From Squalus acanthias (taxonomy: Eukaryota): a stretch of 64,000 bases of DNA. A program made the position numbers and the translations under genes. The DNA lies in the NCBI GenBank assembly GCA_030390025.1, contig CM059425.1:162256001-162320000 (forward strand), written 5' to 3'. The notes beneath the pieces are model-generated. The model saw nothing but the letters and a program-made list of their open reading frames with translations. It was not told the DNA's origin and searched no databases. Of the stretch, positions 39,194 to 50,454 are shown piece by piece. Each line of letters starts with the position of its first letter. Position 1 is the stretch's first letter.

Positions 39194-39847
39194 AGGCAAA
39201 TGGAATGTTGGCCTTTATTGCAAGGGGGATGGAGTATAAAAGTAGGGAAGTCTTGCTACAACTGTACAGGGTGTTGATGAGACCACACCTGGAGTACTGT
39301 GTGCAGTTTTGGTCTCCTTATTTAAGGAGGGATATACTTGCATTGGAGGCAGTTCAGAGAAGGTTCACTAGGTTAATTCCTGAGATGATGGGGCTGTCTT
39401 TTGAAGAAAGGTTGAGCAGGTTGGGCCTATACTCATTGGAGTTTAGAAGAATGAGAGCTGATCTTATTGAAATGTGTAAGATTCTGAGGGGGCTTGACAG
39501 GGTAGATGCAGGGAGGATGTTTCCCCTCGTGGGGGAATCTAGAACTAGGGGGTGTAGTTGCAGGATAAGGGGTCACCCATTTAAAACAGAGATGAGGAGG
39601 AATTTCTTCTCTGAGGGTCGTGAATCTTTGGAATTCTCAACCCCAGAAAGCTGTGGAGGCGGAGTCATTGAATATATTCATGGCGCAGATAGACATATAT
39701 TTGAGCTACAGGGGAGTCGAGGGTTATGGGGAGCAAGTGGGAAAGTGGAGTTGAGGCCAAGATCAGATCAGCCATGACCTTATTGAATGGCGGAGCAGGC
39801 TCGAGGGGCCGAATGGCCTACCCCTGCTCCTATTTCTTATGTTCTTG
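39194..39847 (+). mobile_element. 5'-truncated CR1
   Basis: ORF 39205..39777 RT C-terminus + CR1 3' UTR and tail. Confidence 0.92.
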
Positions 39848-40243
39848 GTACACAATCTACCAATCAAAATAGTGAATCATTAACGATTTTAAAAAAAACT
39901 AGCAAAGAGAAGGGGAAACCGTGAAATTGCTCAATAATTTTGAAAATGTTTTCAGCTGCACATAACTTGAAGATTTAGTGCTAATAATAAAGTTTGTAAC
40001 ATAACAAACACACGCACAAAATGCACAAAGAATGCACAAAAAAAATCTCTAAGCTCACCCATAATATTTTCCGGAAATCCATCCAGTAAGCTTTTCCCCC
40101 AGAAGCTTGCCCTCTTTGAGTAGATAGAATTTACAGCACAGAAACAGGCCATTTGGCTCAACCAGTCTATGCCGGTAATAACAACAGAAAATGCTGGAAA
40201 CACTCAGCAGGTCAGGCAGCATCGAGGAAAGAGAAACAGAGTT

Positions 40244-41283
40244 GGGAATAAATGTTTTTTTTTCAAGGTGGCGGACGGTGACTAGTGGGGTATCGCAGGG
40301 ATCAGTGCTTGGGCCCCAGCTATTCACAATATATATCGATGATTTGGATGAGGGAATCAAATGTAATATTTCCAAGTTTGCTGATGACACGAAACTAGGT
40401 GGGGTTGTGAGGAGGATGCAAAGAGGCTTCAAGGCGATTTAGAGAAGTTGAGAGTGGGCAAATACATGGCAGATGCAGTATAACGTGGATAAATGTGAAG
40501 TTATCAACTTTGGTAGGAAAAACAGAAAGGTAGAGTATTATTTAAATGGTGATAGATTGGGAAATGCTGATGTGCAAAGGGACTTGGGTGTTCTTGTACA
40601 CCAGTCACTGAAAGCAAACATGCAGGTGCAGCAAGCAGTTAGGAAGGCAAATGGTATGTTGGCCTTCATTGCAAGAGGATTTGAGTACAGGAGCAAGGAT
40701 GTCTTACTACAGTTATACAGGGCCTTGGTGAGACCACACCTGGAGTACTGTGTGCAGTTTTAGTCTCCTTACCTAAGAAAGGATATACTTGCCATAGAGG
40801 GAGTGCAGCGAAGGTTCAGCAGACTGATTCCTGGGATGGCAGGACTGTCGTATGAGGAGAGATTGGGTCAACTAGGCCTGTATTCACTAGAGTTTAGAAG
40901 AATGAGAGGGGATCTCATTGAAACTTATAAAATTCTGACAGGGCTAGACAGACTGGATGCAGGGAGGATGTTTCCCCTGCCTGGGGGGTCTAGAACAAGG
41001 GGTCTCAGTCTCAGGATACAGGGTAGGACATTTTGGACTGAGATGAGGAGAAATTTCTTCACTCAGAGGGTGGTGAACCTGTGGAATTCTCTACAACAGA
41101 AGTCACTGAATATATTTAAGAAGGAGATAGATAGATTTCTAGACACAAAAGGCATCAAGGGGTATGGGGAGAGAGCGGGAATATGAGATTGAGATAGAAG
41201 ATCAGCCATGATCATACTGAATGGCAGATCAGGCTCGAAGGTCCGAATGGCCTGCTCCTGCTCCTATTTTTCTATGTTTCTAT
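40244..41283 (+). mobile_element. 5'-truncated CR1 inserted in the Penelope inverted pLTR
   Basis: RT fragments (FADD; ORFs 40473 and 40803), (TTTCTATG)n tail; host pLTR resumes GTTAACGTTTCGG. Confidence 0.92.
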
Positions 41284-41319
41284 GTTAACGTTTCGGGTCG
41301 AGGACCCTTCGTCAGAACT
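41284..41319 (-). ncRNA. hammerhead ribozyme motif, stem I clipped by the CR1 insertion
   Basis: reverse complement AGTT CTGACGA A GGGTC ctc GACCC GAAA CGTT AAC. Confidence 0.7.
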
Positions 41320-41768
41320 GGAAAAGGTTAGAGAAATAACAGATTTTTAAGCAAGTGTGGGACAGGGAGATGGGGAGGAAAGAACAAACGGGAAGGTCTG
41401 TGATAGGATGGAAGGCAGGAGAGAGTAAAAGATAAAAGGAGCAGTAATGGGACAACTTAAGAAACAAAAGATGACTCTAGATGAGGTGTAAATCTCTGTC
41501 TCCATTTCTGGGAATAGGCTATCGACCAACATCCACTATAAGCCCACTGACTCCCATAGCTACCTGGACTACACTTCCTCCCACCCCGCTTCCGGTAAGC
41601 ACGCTATTCCAATTTCTCCGTCTCCGCCGCATCTGTTCTGACTATTGCTTCCGATATGTCTTCCTTTTTCCTCAACCGAGGACTCCCCTCTGCCGTGGTT
41701 GATATGGCCCTTGACCCCTTCCCCTCCCTCCCAGAACCACAACAAGGTTCCCCTTGTCCTCACCTTTC

Positions 41769-44700
41769 TTCTCTTCTCTTAGGCAGTCCCTCGGAACCGA
41801 GGATGACTTGCTTCCACACTAAAAATAAGTTCTCAGGTGACTGATGAGTCCAATGCGGGACCTACAGTCTCTGTCACAGTTGGGGCAGACGGTGGTTGAA
41901 GGGGGGCGGGTGGGTGGGGTGCTTGGGTTGACGTGCGCTCCTTCTGCTGTTTGCGCTTGGCTTCCACTTGCTCCCGGCAAAGAGACTCGAGGTGTTCGGC
42001 GCCTTCCCGGATGATTCTCCTCCACTTTGTGTGGTCTTGGGCCAGGGATTCCCAGTGTAGGGGGTGGTGGTGATAGGGGTTAGCCTTACCCCTGACTCAG
42101 TGGGCGGTTCGAATTGCTCCCACGCCCCAAGTTTAGACCTTGGACTTATTTAGGGGTTGTGAATAAAGATGCAGTAGACAACAGGTTCCGATGAAAGAAT
42201 TTTGACTTTATTAAAAGAAAAAAAAGGTAACAAACTTAAAACACACTTCACACTTAAACAGGTTGGGGAACACACGGTACAGGCGAGGCAGAATGACAAC
42301 ATACAAAAACCCTTATCCCTCCCAAAAATCCCACTATCTAGCTAGGTTTCGGTATTAGGAGATCAGGTATAATGCTCACCAAACAGGGGTTTTAACAGTG
42401 CGAAATCCAGCCAGGTAAGTTGATGGTGGTCTGGTCATCGAGTGTCTTCCTGGAACATGCTGCTTCTGGAACAGAGCCGAGAGGGAGAGTCCGGAGAGAG
42501 ACAGCCTCTTGGGGAATTACTTGGGGTATTATACATGTTCAGCTCCTTTGTTCTTTTCTTCGCTCCCAGAACCCCTTACTAAAAATGGTTTCGTGCTGAA
42601 GTGATTTGGTTTCAGTTGAGGCCTGTTCATTCCATTGTCTTGGTTCCTTGCAGGCTTGTTAAGTTTTGATGGGTTTAACTTGGTGTTAAAAATGTTCTGA
42701 ACTCTCTTCTTACTGAACTGTTGTAACTGCTTGATGAGCCTTCAATTATGCTAAACCAAATCAAATCCTGGTCATTGTAAGACCTCGTTACCAGTAACGG
42801 CTTTTTACTGAGTGTCAAATGGCTTGCGTCCTGTCGATCTGTTGTTTAATCGGAGTTTGCATTGTTCTCATGTTTTGGGTTTCTTGCTGGGCCTAGCATT
42901 CCTATCTTTATGCGTCTCTTTAATGGGTTCTGTGTTTTGGGAGGGGCTGCCTTCTCCCAGGGCCTATTGTCCAAATGTTAATGTTTACAGGGGCTTGAAT
43001 TCCAGCCTTTTAAAATGCCAAAGCTTGGTTTTGGTCTTAGATTCCTTATGTTAGGCCCAAATGCATTTTTATCACTCTGGGGTAGTTACAAAGTCCTTTT
43101 TCCTTCGATTATTTTTGGGGATCTGCAAATTTTGGAAACTTTACACCAGGTGTCGGTGGGGATGTTGCACTTTTTCAAGGAGGCTTTGAGGGTGTCCTTG
43201 AAGTGTTTCCTCTGCCCACCTGGGGCGCTCTTGCCGTGTCGGAGCTCCGAGTAGAGCGCTTGTTTTGGGAGTCTCGTATCGGGCATGCGGACGATGTGGC
43301 CCGTCCTTCGGAGCTGATTGAGCATGGTCAAAGCTTCGATGCTGGGGATGTTAGCCTGAGCGAGAACATTGACGTTGGTGCGCCTATCCTGCCAATGGAT
43401 TTGCAGGATCTTGCGGAGGCAGCGTTGGTGGTACCTCTCCAGTGCTTTGAGGTGCCTGCTGTACATGGTCCATGTCTCTGAAGCATACAGGAGGGCGGGT
43501 ATCACTACTGCTCTGTAGACCATGAACTTGGTGCTGGGTTTGAGGTCCTGGTCTTCAAACACTCTCTTCCTCAGGTGACCGAAGGCTGCACTGGCACACA
43601 ATGCGGTGTTGGATTTAGTCAGCAACGTCTGCTCTTGTTGACAGTAGGCTCCCGAAGTATGAAAAGTGGTCCACGTTGTCCAAGGCCTCGTCATGGATTT
43701 TGATAATCGGGGAGCAGTACTGTGTGGTGGGGGCAGGTTGGTAGAGGACTTCTGTCTTACGGATGTTTAGTGTAAGGCCCATGCTCTCATACATGTCGGT
43801 GAAGGTGTTGACGATGGTTTGGAGTTCGACCTCAGAGTGTGCGCAGACGCAAGCATCATCTGCATACTGTAATTCGATGACAGAGGATGGGATGACCTTG
43901 GATCTGGACTGGAGGCGACGGAGATTGAACAGTTTCCCGTTTGTTCTGTAGATTAGCTCCACTCCAGCGGGGAGCTTACTGAGGGTGAGATGGAGCATTG
44001 CGGCCAGGAAGATCGAGAAGAGCGTTGGTACGATGACACAGCCTTGCTTGACCCCGGTCCGTACGTGAATTGGGTCTGTGGTGGATCCGTTGGTCAGGAT
44101 CACGGCTTGCATGTCGTCGTGAAGCAGGCGGAGGATGGTGACAAACTTTTGAGGGCAACCGAATTTGAGGAGGACACTCCATAATCCTTCACGGTTCATG
44201 GTGTCGAAGGCCTTTGTGAAGTCAAAGAAGGCCATGTACAGCGGTTGGTGCTGTTCCCTGCATTTCTCTTGTAGTTGACGCGCGGTGAAGATCATGTCCA
44301 TTGTGCCCCTTAGTGGGCAGAATCCGCATTGCGACTCTGGGAGGAGGTCTTCAGCCACTGGGAGAAGGCGATTGAGGAGGATTCTTGCAATGACTTTCCC
44401 TGTGGCAGACAGCAGGGAGACTCCTCTGTAATTACCGCAATCGGACTTGTCACCATTCTTGAAGATGGTCAGGATTACGGCGTCTCTGAGATCCCCTGGC
44501 ATGCTCTCCTCCTTCCAAATAAGAAATGAGTTCATGTATTCGCGCCAATAGTGCTTCTCCGCCATGTTTTAGTGCCTCGGCAGGGATTCCATCTGCTCCT
44601 GAGGCCTTGTTGTTGTTCAGTTGTCGGATGGCCTTTTCAACCACATGCCGGGCTGGGGTTGTGCTGAGGTGGTGGCGGGTAGCATGCTGCGGGATGGAGT

Positions 44701-46288
44701 TGAGGACACTCGTGTCGAAGACAGAGTCTCGGTTAAGGAGATCTTCAAAGTGCTCCTTCCAGCGGGCACTGACTGCCTCTCTGTCCTTGATGATTACCTC
44801 TCACCTCTTGGCCTGCAGTGGGGTAGGACCTTTGGTGCTTGGGCCGTAGGTGGTCTTGACTGCGCGAAAGAATCCACGCACGTCGTGGTTATCGGCTAGC
44901 TGCTGGATCTCTTCCGCTTTCTCCACCCACCATCTGTTCTTTAGGTCGCGAGTTTTTTGTTGGACCTCGGCCTTCAAGCGTCTGTAGAGCTGCTTTCTTG
45001 CTCTCGAGTTCTGTTGCTGTTTCCAGATCAGGAATGCCTTGCGCTTGCGGCTTATTAGCTCCTGGATCTCCTGGTCGTTCTCGTCGAACCAGTCTTGGTG
45101 TTTCCTGGTCGAGTGACCGAGCATCTCTTCACAGGAGCTGATTATGGAGGCCTTGAGTGGAGACCAGGCGCTGTGGACACTCTGTGTCTCTGAATCACTG
45201 GGAGTCGTCAGGTTGGTTGTGAGGCGTAGGCTGAATAGGGCTTTCTTAGCAGAGTGTTTGAGTGCTCCAGCGTTGATTTTCCTGTAGCATTGCTTCTGTT
45301 GCCGCCGCTGTTTTGGGGCTACATTGATGGAGATGACAGAGAGGATTAGGCGGTGGTCTGTCCAGCAGTCGTCAGCTCCTGTCATGGCGCGGGTGATGTG
45401 GACGTCCTTGCGGTCCCTCGCTCAGACGATCTTGCGGTCCTTCGCTCGGACGATGACGTAGTCTAGCAGATGCCAGTGCTTGGAGCTAGGGTGTTGCCAT
45501 GAAGCCTTGTACTTGTCTCTGACGGAACAAGGTGTTGGTTATGACAAGGCCATGTTCTAAGCATTTCGTCAGGAGGAGGGTACCGTTGGAGTTGGCTTTC
45601 CCTACCCCCTATCTGCCGATCACACCTCCCCAGAGGTCTGTGTCCTTTCCAACTCTGGCGTTAAAGTCGCCAAGGAGGATCAGCTTGTCGCCCATTGGGA
45701 CTCGGGACAAGGATTGTTGGAGGCTGGAGTAGAATTCCTCTTTGGTCTCATCTATGGCTTCCAGTGTTGAGGCGTACGCACTGATGACTGTAGCGCACTG
45801 GTTCCGGGCTGGGGTGAGCCGTAGAGTCATGAGGCGTTCGTTTATTCCACAAGGGGAGCCTCTCAGACGTTCAACTAGCTCATTTTTTATGGTGAAGCCT
45901 ACCCCATGGAGGCAGCGTTCTTCTTCAGGTTTACCTTTCCAGAAGAAGGTGTAACCACCGCCTTGCTCCTTGAGCTGGCCTTCCCCTGCCTGTCGGGGCT
46001 CGCTGTCGCTGTCCATTAGGGTCCTGACGTTCCAGGTCCCGAACTTCATTTTAAAAGGTGGAAGATGCCTGTGCGTGGATTCTTTTAACGTGGGGTGGCC
46101 GTTGCACATTAGCTACCACACGGGCTTGACAGAGCAAGGTCTTGGTCCAATGGCAATTGGATCCAAGACGATTGGAGACCAGGCTCTGCTACATCGGCCT
46201 AGCGCGCGCACACACAAACATACTCCTACTGTCCTCCTTCCTACTTCCCCCAGGTCCTCTCTGCTTGGGTTTCATAGGCTGCAGTGTG
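41769..46288 (-). mobile_element. near full-length RTE-clade LINE
   Basis: APE (GTWNVRTL, GDFNARVG) and RT (FFDFTKAFD, GVKQGC, LQYADD) on the - strand; (GAA)n-like tail; 13-bp TSD GTCCTCACCTTTC at 41756 and 46289. Confidence 0.93.
42056..43145 (-). mobile_element. solo LTR (about 1.09 kb) inside the RTE
   Basis: TGTA...TACA termini, 4-bp TSD CCAG, splits the RTE ORF; TATA-like and AATAAA motifs in order on the - strand. Confidence 0.88.
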
Positions 46289-46812
46289 GTCCTCACCTTT
46301 CACCCCACCAGCCTCCACATTCAACGGATCATCCTGCGCCACCTCCAGCATGATCCCACCACCAAACGCATCTCCCCGCCCCCCCCCCCTTTCAGCATTC
46401 CGAAGGGATCGCTCCCTCCACGACACCCTGGTCCACTCATCTAACGCCCTTTGCCCGGCACCTTCCTGTGCAAGCGCAGGAGTTGCAACACCTCCCCTTT
46501 TACTTCCTCCCTTCCCACTGTTCAGGGCCCCAAACACTCCTTCCAGGTGAAACAGCGATTTACTTGTTGTGCTTACAATTTGGCATACTGTGTTCGCTGC
46601 TCACGATGCGGTCTCCTCTACATTGGGAGGACCAAACGCAGATTGGGTGACCACTTTGCGGCACACCTCCGTTCAATCCATAAGCGTGACCCCGAGCTTC
46701 CGATCGCCTGTCACTTTAATTCTCCGCTCCACTCCCACTCTGATCTCTCGGTCCTCGGCTTCTTGCACTGTTCCAATGGAGCTCAACATAAGCTCGAGGA
46801 ACAGCACCTCAT

Positions 46813-47832
46813 AAGAACATAAGAAATAGGAGCAGGAATAGGTCACTTGGCCCCTCGAGCCTGCTCTGCCATTCAATAAGATCATGGCTGATCTTGGGCT
46901 CAAAGCCACTTCCCTGCCCGCTCCCCATAACCATTCATTTCCTTATCTTGCAAAAATCTGTCTATCTCCACCTTAAATGTATTTAATGACCCAGCCTCCA
47001 CGGCTCTCTGGGGCAGAGAATTCCACAGATTTACGACCCTCAGAGAAGAAATTCCTCCTCATCTCAGTTCTAAAAGGGGGATCCTTTATTCTGAAACTGT
47101 GCCCCCGAGTTCTAGATTTCCCTATGAGGGGAAACATCCTCTCTGCCTCTACTTTATCGAGCCCTTTCAATAAGATCACCTCTCATTCTTCTAAATTCCA
47201 ATGAGTATAGGCTCAACCTTTCTTCATAAGTCAACCCCCTCATTTCAGGAATCAACCGAGTGAATCGTCTCTGAACTGCCTCCAGTGCAAGTATATCCTT
47301 CCTTAAATAAACAGTATTCAAGGTGTGGTCTCACCACAATACCCTGTACAGTTGTAGCAGGATTTCCCTGCTTTTATACTCCAACCGCCTTGCAATAAAG
47401 GCCAACATTCAATTTGCCTTTTTGATTACTTGCTGTACCTGCATGCTAACTTTTTGTGTTTCATGCATAAGTACCCCTGGTCCCTCTGAACTGTAGCATT
47501 TTGTAATCTCTCTCCATTTAAATAATAATTAGCTTTTTTATTTTTCCTACCAAAGTGGATAACCTCGCACTTTCCCACATTATACTCCATCTGCCAAATG
47601 TTTGCCCACCCACTTAGCCTGTCTATATCCCTTTGAAGATTCTTTGAGTCCTCTGCACAACTTGCTTTCCCACCCATCTTTGTATCATCCGCAAACTTGG
47701 CTACATTACACTCGATCCCTTTATCCAAGTCATTAATGTAGATTGTAGATGAGGCCCCAGCACCGATCCCTGTGGCACCCCACTAGTTACCGTTTGCCAA
47801 CCGGAAAATGACCCATTTATCCCGACTCTCTG
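46813..47832 (-). mobile_element. 5'-truncated CR1 inside the Penelope GIY-YIG region
   Basis: RT fragments on the - strand; host CACCTCAT|CTTTCGATTAGG is split. Confidence 0.92.
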
Positions 47833-48163
47833 CTTTCGATTAGGCACTTTACAGCCTTCTGAACTTAACATCGAGTTCAACAATTTCAGACTACAACCTC
47901 GTCCCCTATATGTTTTTTTTACCCTTTTTTTCTCACATGGTAGCTGTTGATGATTCTGCCATCGCCATTTACACCTCATCATCTAGACTCATCTATTGTT
48001 TCTTAACTTGTCCCATTACCTCTCCTTTTGCCTTGCACCATCATCCCTTTTGTCTTTTAATCTCTCCTGCCTTCCATCCTATCACAGGCCTTCCCTTTTG
48101 TTCTCTCCTCCCTGTCCCTGCCCCACACTTGCTTAAAAATCTGTTATTTCTCTAACCTTTTCC

Positions 48164-48200
48164 AGTTCTGACGAAGGGTCCTCGACCCGAAACGTTAGCT
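48164..48200 (+). ncRNA. minimal type-I hammerhead ribozyme (pLTR family 1)
   Basis: AGTT CTGACGA A GGGTC ctc GACCC GAAA CG TT AGCT. Confidence 0.8.
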
Positions 48201-48762
48201 CTGTTTCTCTTTCCTCGATGCTGCCTGACCTGCTGAGTGTTTCCAGCATTTTCTGTTATTTCAGATTTCCAGCATCCACAGTATTTTGCTACAGTCTATG
48301 CCGGTGTTTATGCTCCACACAAACCTCTTCCCACTCTATTTACTTCATCTCATCAACATGGAGTTGTTTTATATTTCTTGGTAGTGTTCTAGATCAGCCA
48401 TGATCTTATTGAATGGCGGAGCGGGCTCGAGGGGCCAAATGACCTACTCCTGCTCCTACGTCCTACGTCTTATGTATATTTCTATAAAACCTAAATCCTA
48501 AATGGATTGGGCAATCTGTCTATTTTATGTTCCAGATAAGGAACTACTATAATCAGTCTCAGAAAAACTTTAAAAGGAAATAATTTATAATATTTTGGAT
48601 TTAAAACATTGTGTTTTATACTTCTAACCATGAAGGAAATCTAGAGGAACCCAAGGCAAAATATTAATGTTGAAATTGAAAGAAACACTGTTCGTTAAGA
48701 GGCATCCAAATATACTTCGGTTTAGGTAATAGAGGTTAGATAAATGTAGCTTTAATGTATGA

Positions 48763-48980
48763 AAATGAGAAGTCGCACAACACCAGGTTATAGTCCAACA
48801 GATTTATTTAATTTTACAAGCTTTCGGAGCAGTTCGCTCCTTCGTCAGGTAAGTTAGCAGTGAGAGAATCTCCCAGAATTCACAATTTAAACACAGACAA
48901 AATCTATTCACATCTTTCCCTGGTGTTGTGCGACTTCTCATTTTTGTCCACCCCAGTCCAACGCCGGCATCTCCACATCA
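48763..48980 (+). mobile_element. pLTR-only Penelope-like insertion (family 2) with inverted 5' part
   Basis: AAAATGAGAAGTCGCACAACACCA is inverted at about 48921-48945; TSD TaGCTTTaATGTATGA / TgGCTTTtATGTATGA. Confidence 0.82.
48814..48852 (-). ncRNA. minimal type-I hammerhead ribozyme (pLTR family 2)
   Basis: reverse complement TTAC CTGACGA A GGAGC gaact GCTCC GAAA GC TT GTAA. Confidence 0.82.
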
Positions 48981-50454
48981 TGGCTTTTATGTATGACTTT
49001 AGGTTTCCTGAGAAAATGTCTTTTTATGAATGTGCCACTCCGTTCATATGCTATCCTAACTGGTAGTGTTGACCGGACCATGCTGAAACTGTTTGTGACT
49101 GAATAAAGCAACTGCTGGCTTGCTCTAGTAGGAACTTGAGAGAGAGAGAGAGACAGACTTAAAAAATGTTGGATGAGACATTAATGTGAGGCCCTATTTG
49201 CCCTTTCAGGTGGATGTAAAAGGTTGCTTGGCACTATTCAAAGCTGAGCAGGAAAGTTCTCTTGGTGTCCTGGCCAACACTTATCCCTAAACTAAGATGA
49301 CTAAAACAGATTATCTGGACAATTATCTCATTGCTGTTTGTGGGGCCACTGTACACATTGGCTGCTGCCATTTTCCACATTGTTTTTCCTTTTGGTCCCC
49401 TAGGCCTCTTCTCTCTTGTATCCTTCCCTTTCTGTCACCGTCATGCCTTTCATTTTTCTTGCTTGTGTACTTTCCCCCCCCCCCCGCCCCCCCGCCATGG
49501 TTTCGATCACAATCAAGCCAGCTCCAACCAGTTCCTTGTATCTTTCACACCCACATACCCCAAATGTGTTCTAATTCCATTTCTTGAGTCTGCCCCTGGA
49601 AAGAAACTCTTCCCCCAAGTCACTCACAGCTGCACTTTCAACCTCCCAACTGCAGCTGTCAATTATGCTCCCTCATCTGCCCTCCACTTTTGAGGCACTT
49701 GCCCCCAGTAAAACAGTTATACTCTCCCATCCTGGTTGTTCCACTTGGTATGACCCCCATTTTTTCTCCCTAAAGTATTTAGCCATTCATCAGATCTGGA
49801 TGGACATCAAACCTCGCTTTTTTTTTTGCCCACTACTCCAGGATCATTGTAACGATCATAGATAAGACCTGGCTTCTTTTCTATGCTACCAACCATCTCC
49901 TAAAACCCCTCTCCTCTGCCTCTGCGACCCTTGTATCCAATAAGTACAAGGAACTCAAACTTCTTTGTCACTAAGATTGAGACTATCCACTCGGGTGCCT
50001 CTGCTGCTTCACCACTCCCCCACCCTAGATCTCATCCCACATCCTTCTCTGATTTCTCCCTTCCCCTCAAGTCCTTTGAGCTCATCTGAGACCCACCTCC
50101 TGCTCCTTTGACCCTATTCCACTATATTGCTGACCACCCACCTTCCCTTTCTGACTGCCATGCTAACTGATATTGTAAATGGTTCAATCTCAAGGACTGT
50201 ATCCCTCTCTTTCAAAACCACTGTTATCACCCCACCTCAAAAAAAAAAACACCCTCTATCCCTCTGTTCTTGCAAACTATCTCCAACTTCCCTTTCCTCT
50301 ATAGTATAATTGTATAATATTGTCATGAGGGTATAATAAAGAAAATTTGTTCTGAAGCAGAACTGTAATGGAATTAAGAATTTAGTACAAGTTGAAATTG
50401 TTTTGCAATCGAGCAAAATTATAAGTCTGTTGAGACCATCTAGTATATTATATT

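Larger units (their letters stand above)
40177..48291 (+). mobile_element. Penelope-like element (inverted 5' pLTR) carrying four nested insertions
   Basis: 14-bp TSD CAGTCTATGCCGGT at 40163 and 48292; RT tail (YKPTDSHSYLDY) near 41540; GIY-YIG ORF 46451..46822 (AYCVRCSRCGLLYIGRTKR); pLTR about 47990-48291 mirrored at 40177-40243 plus 41284-41490. Confidence 0.9.
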
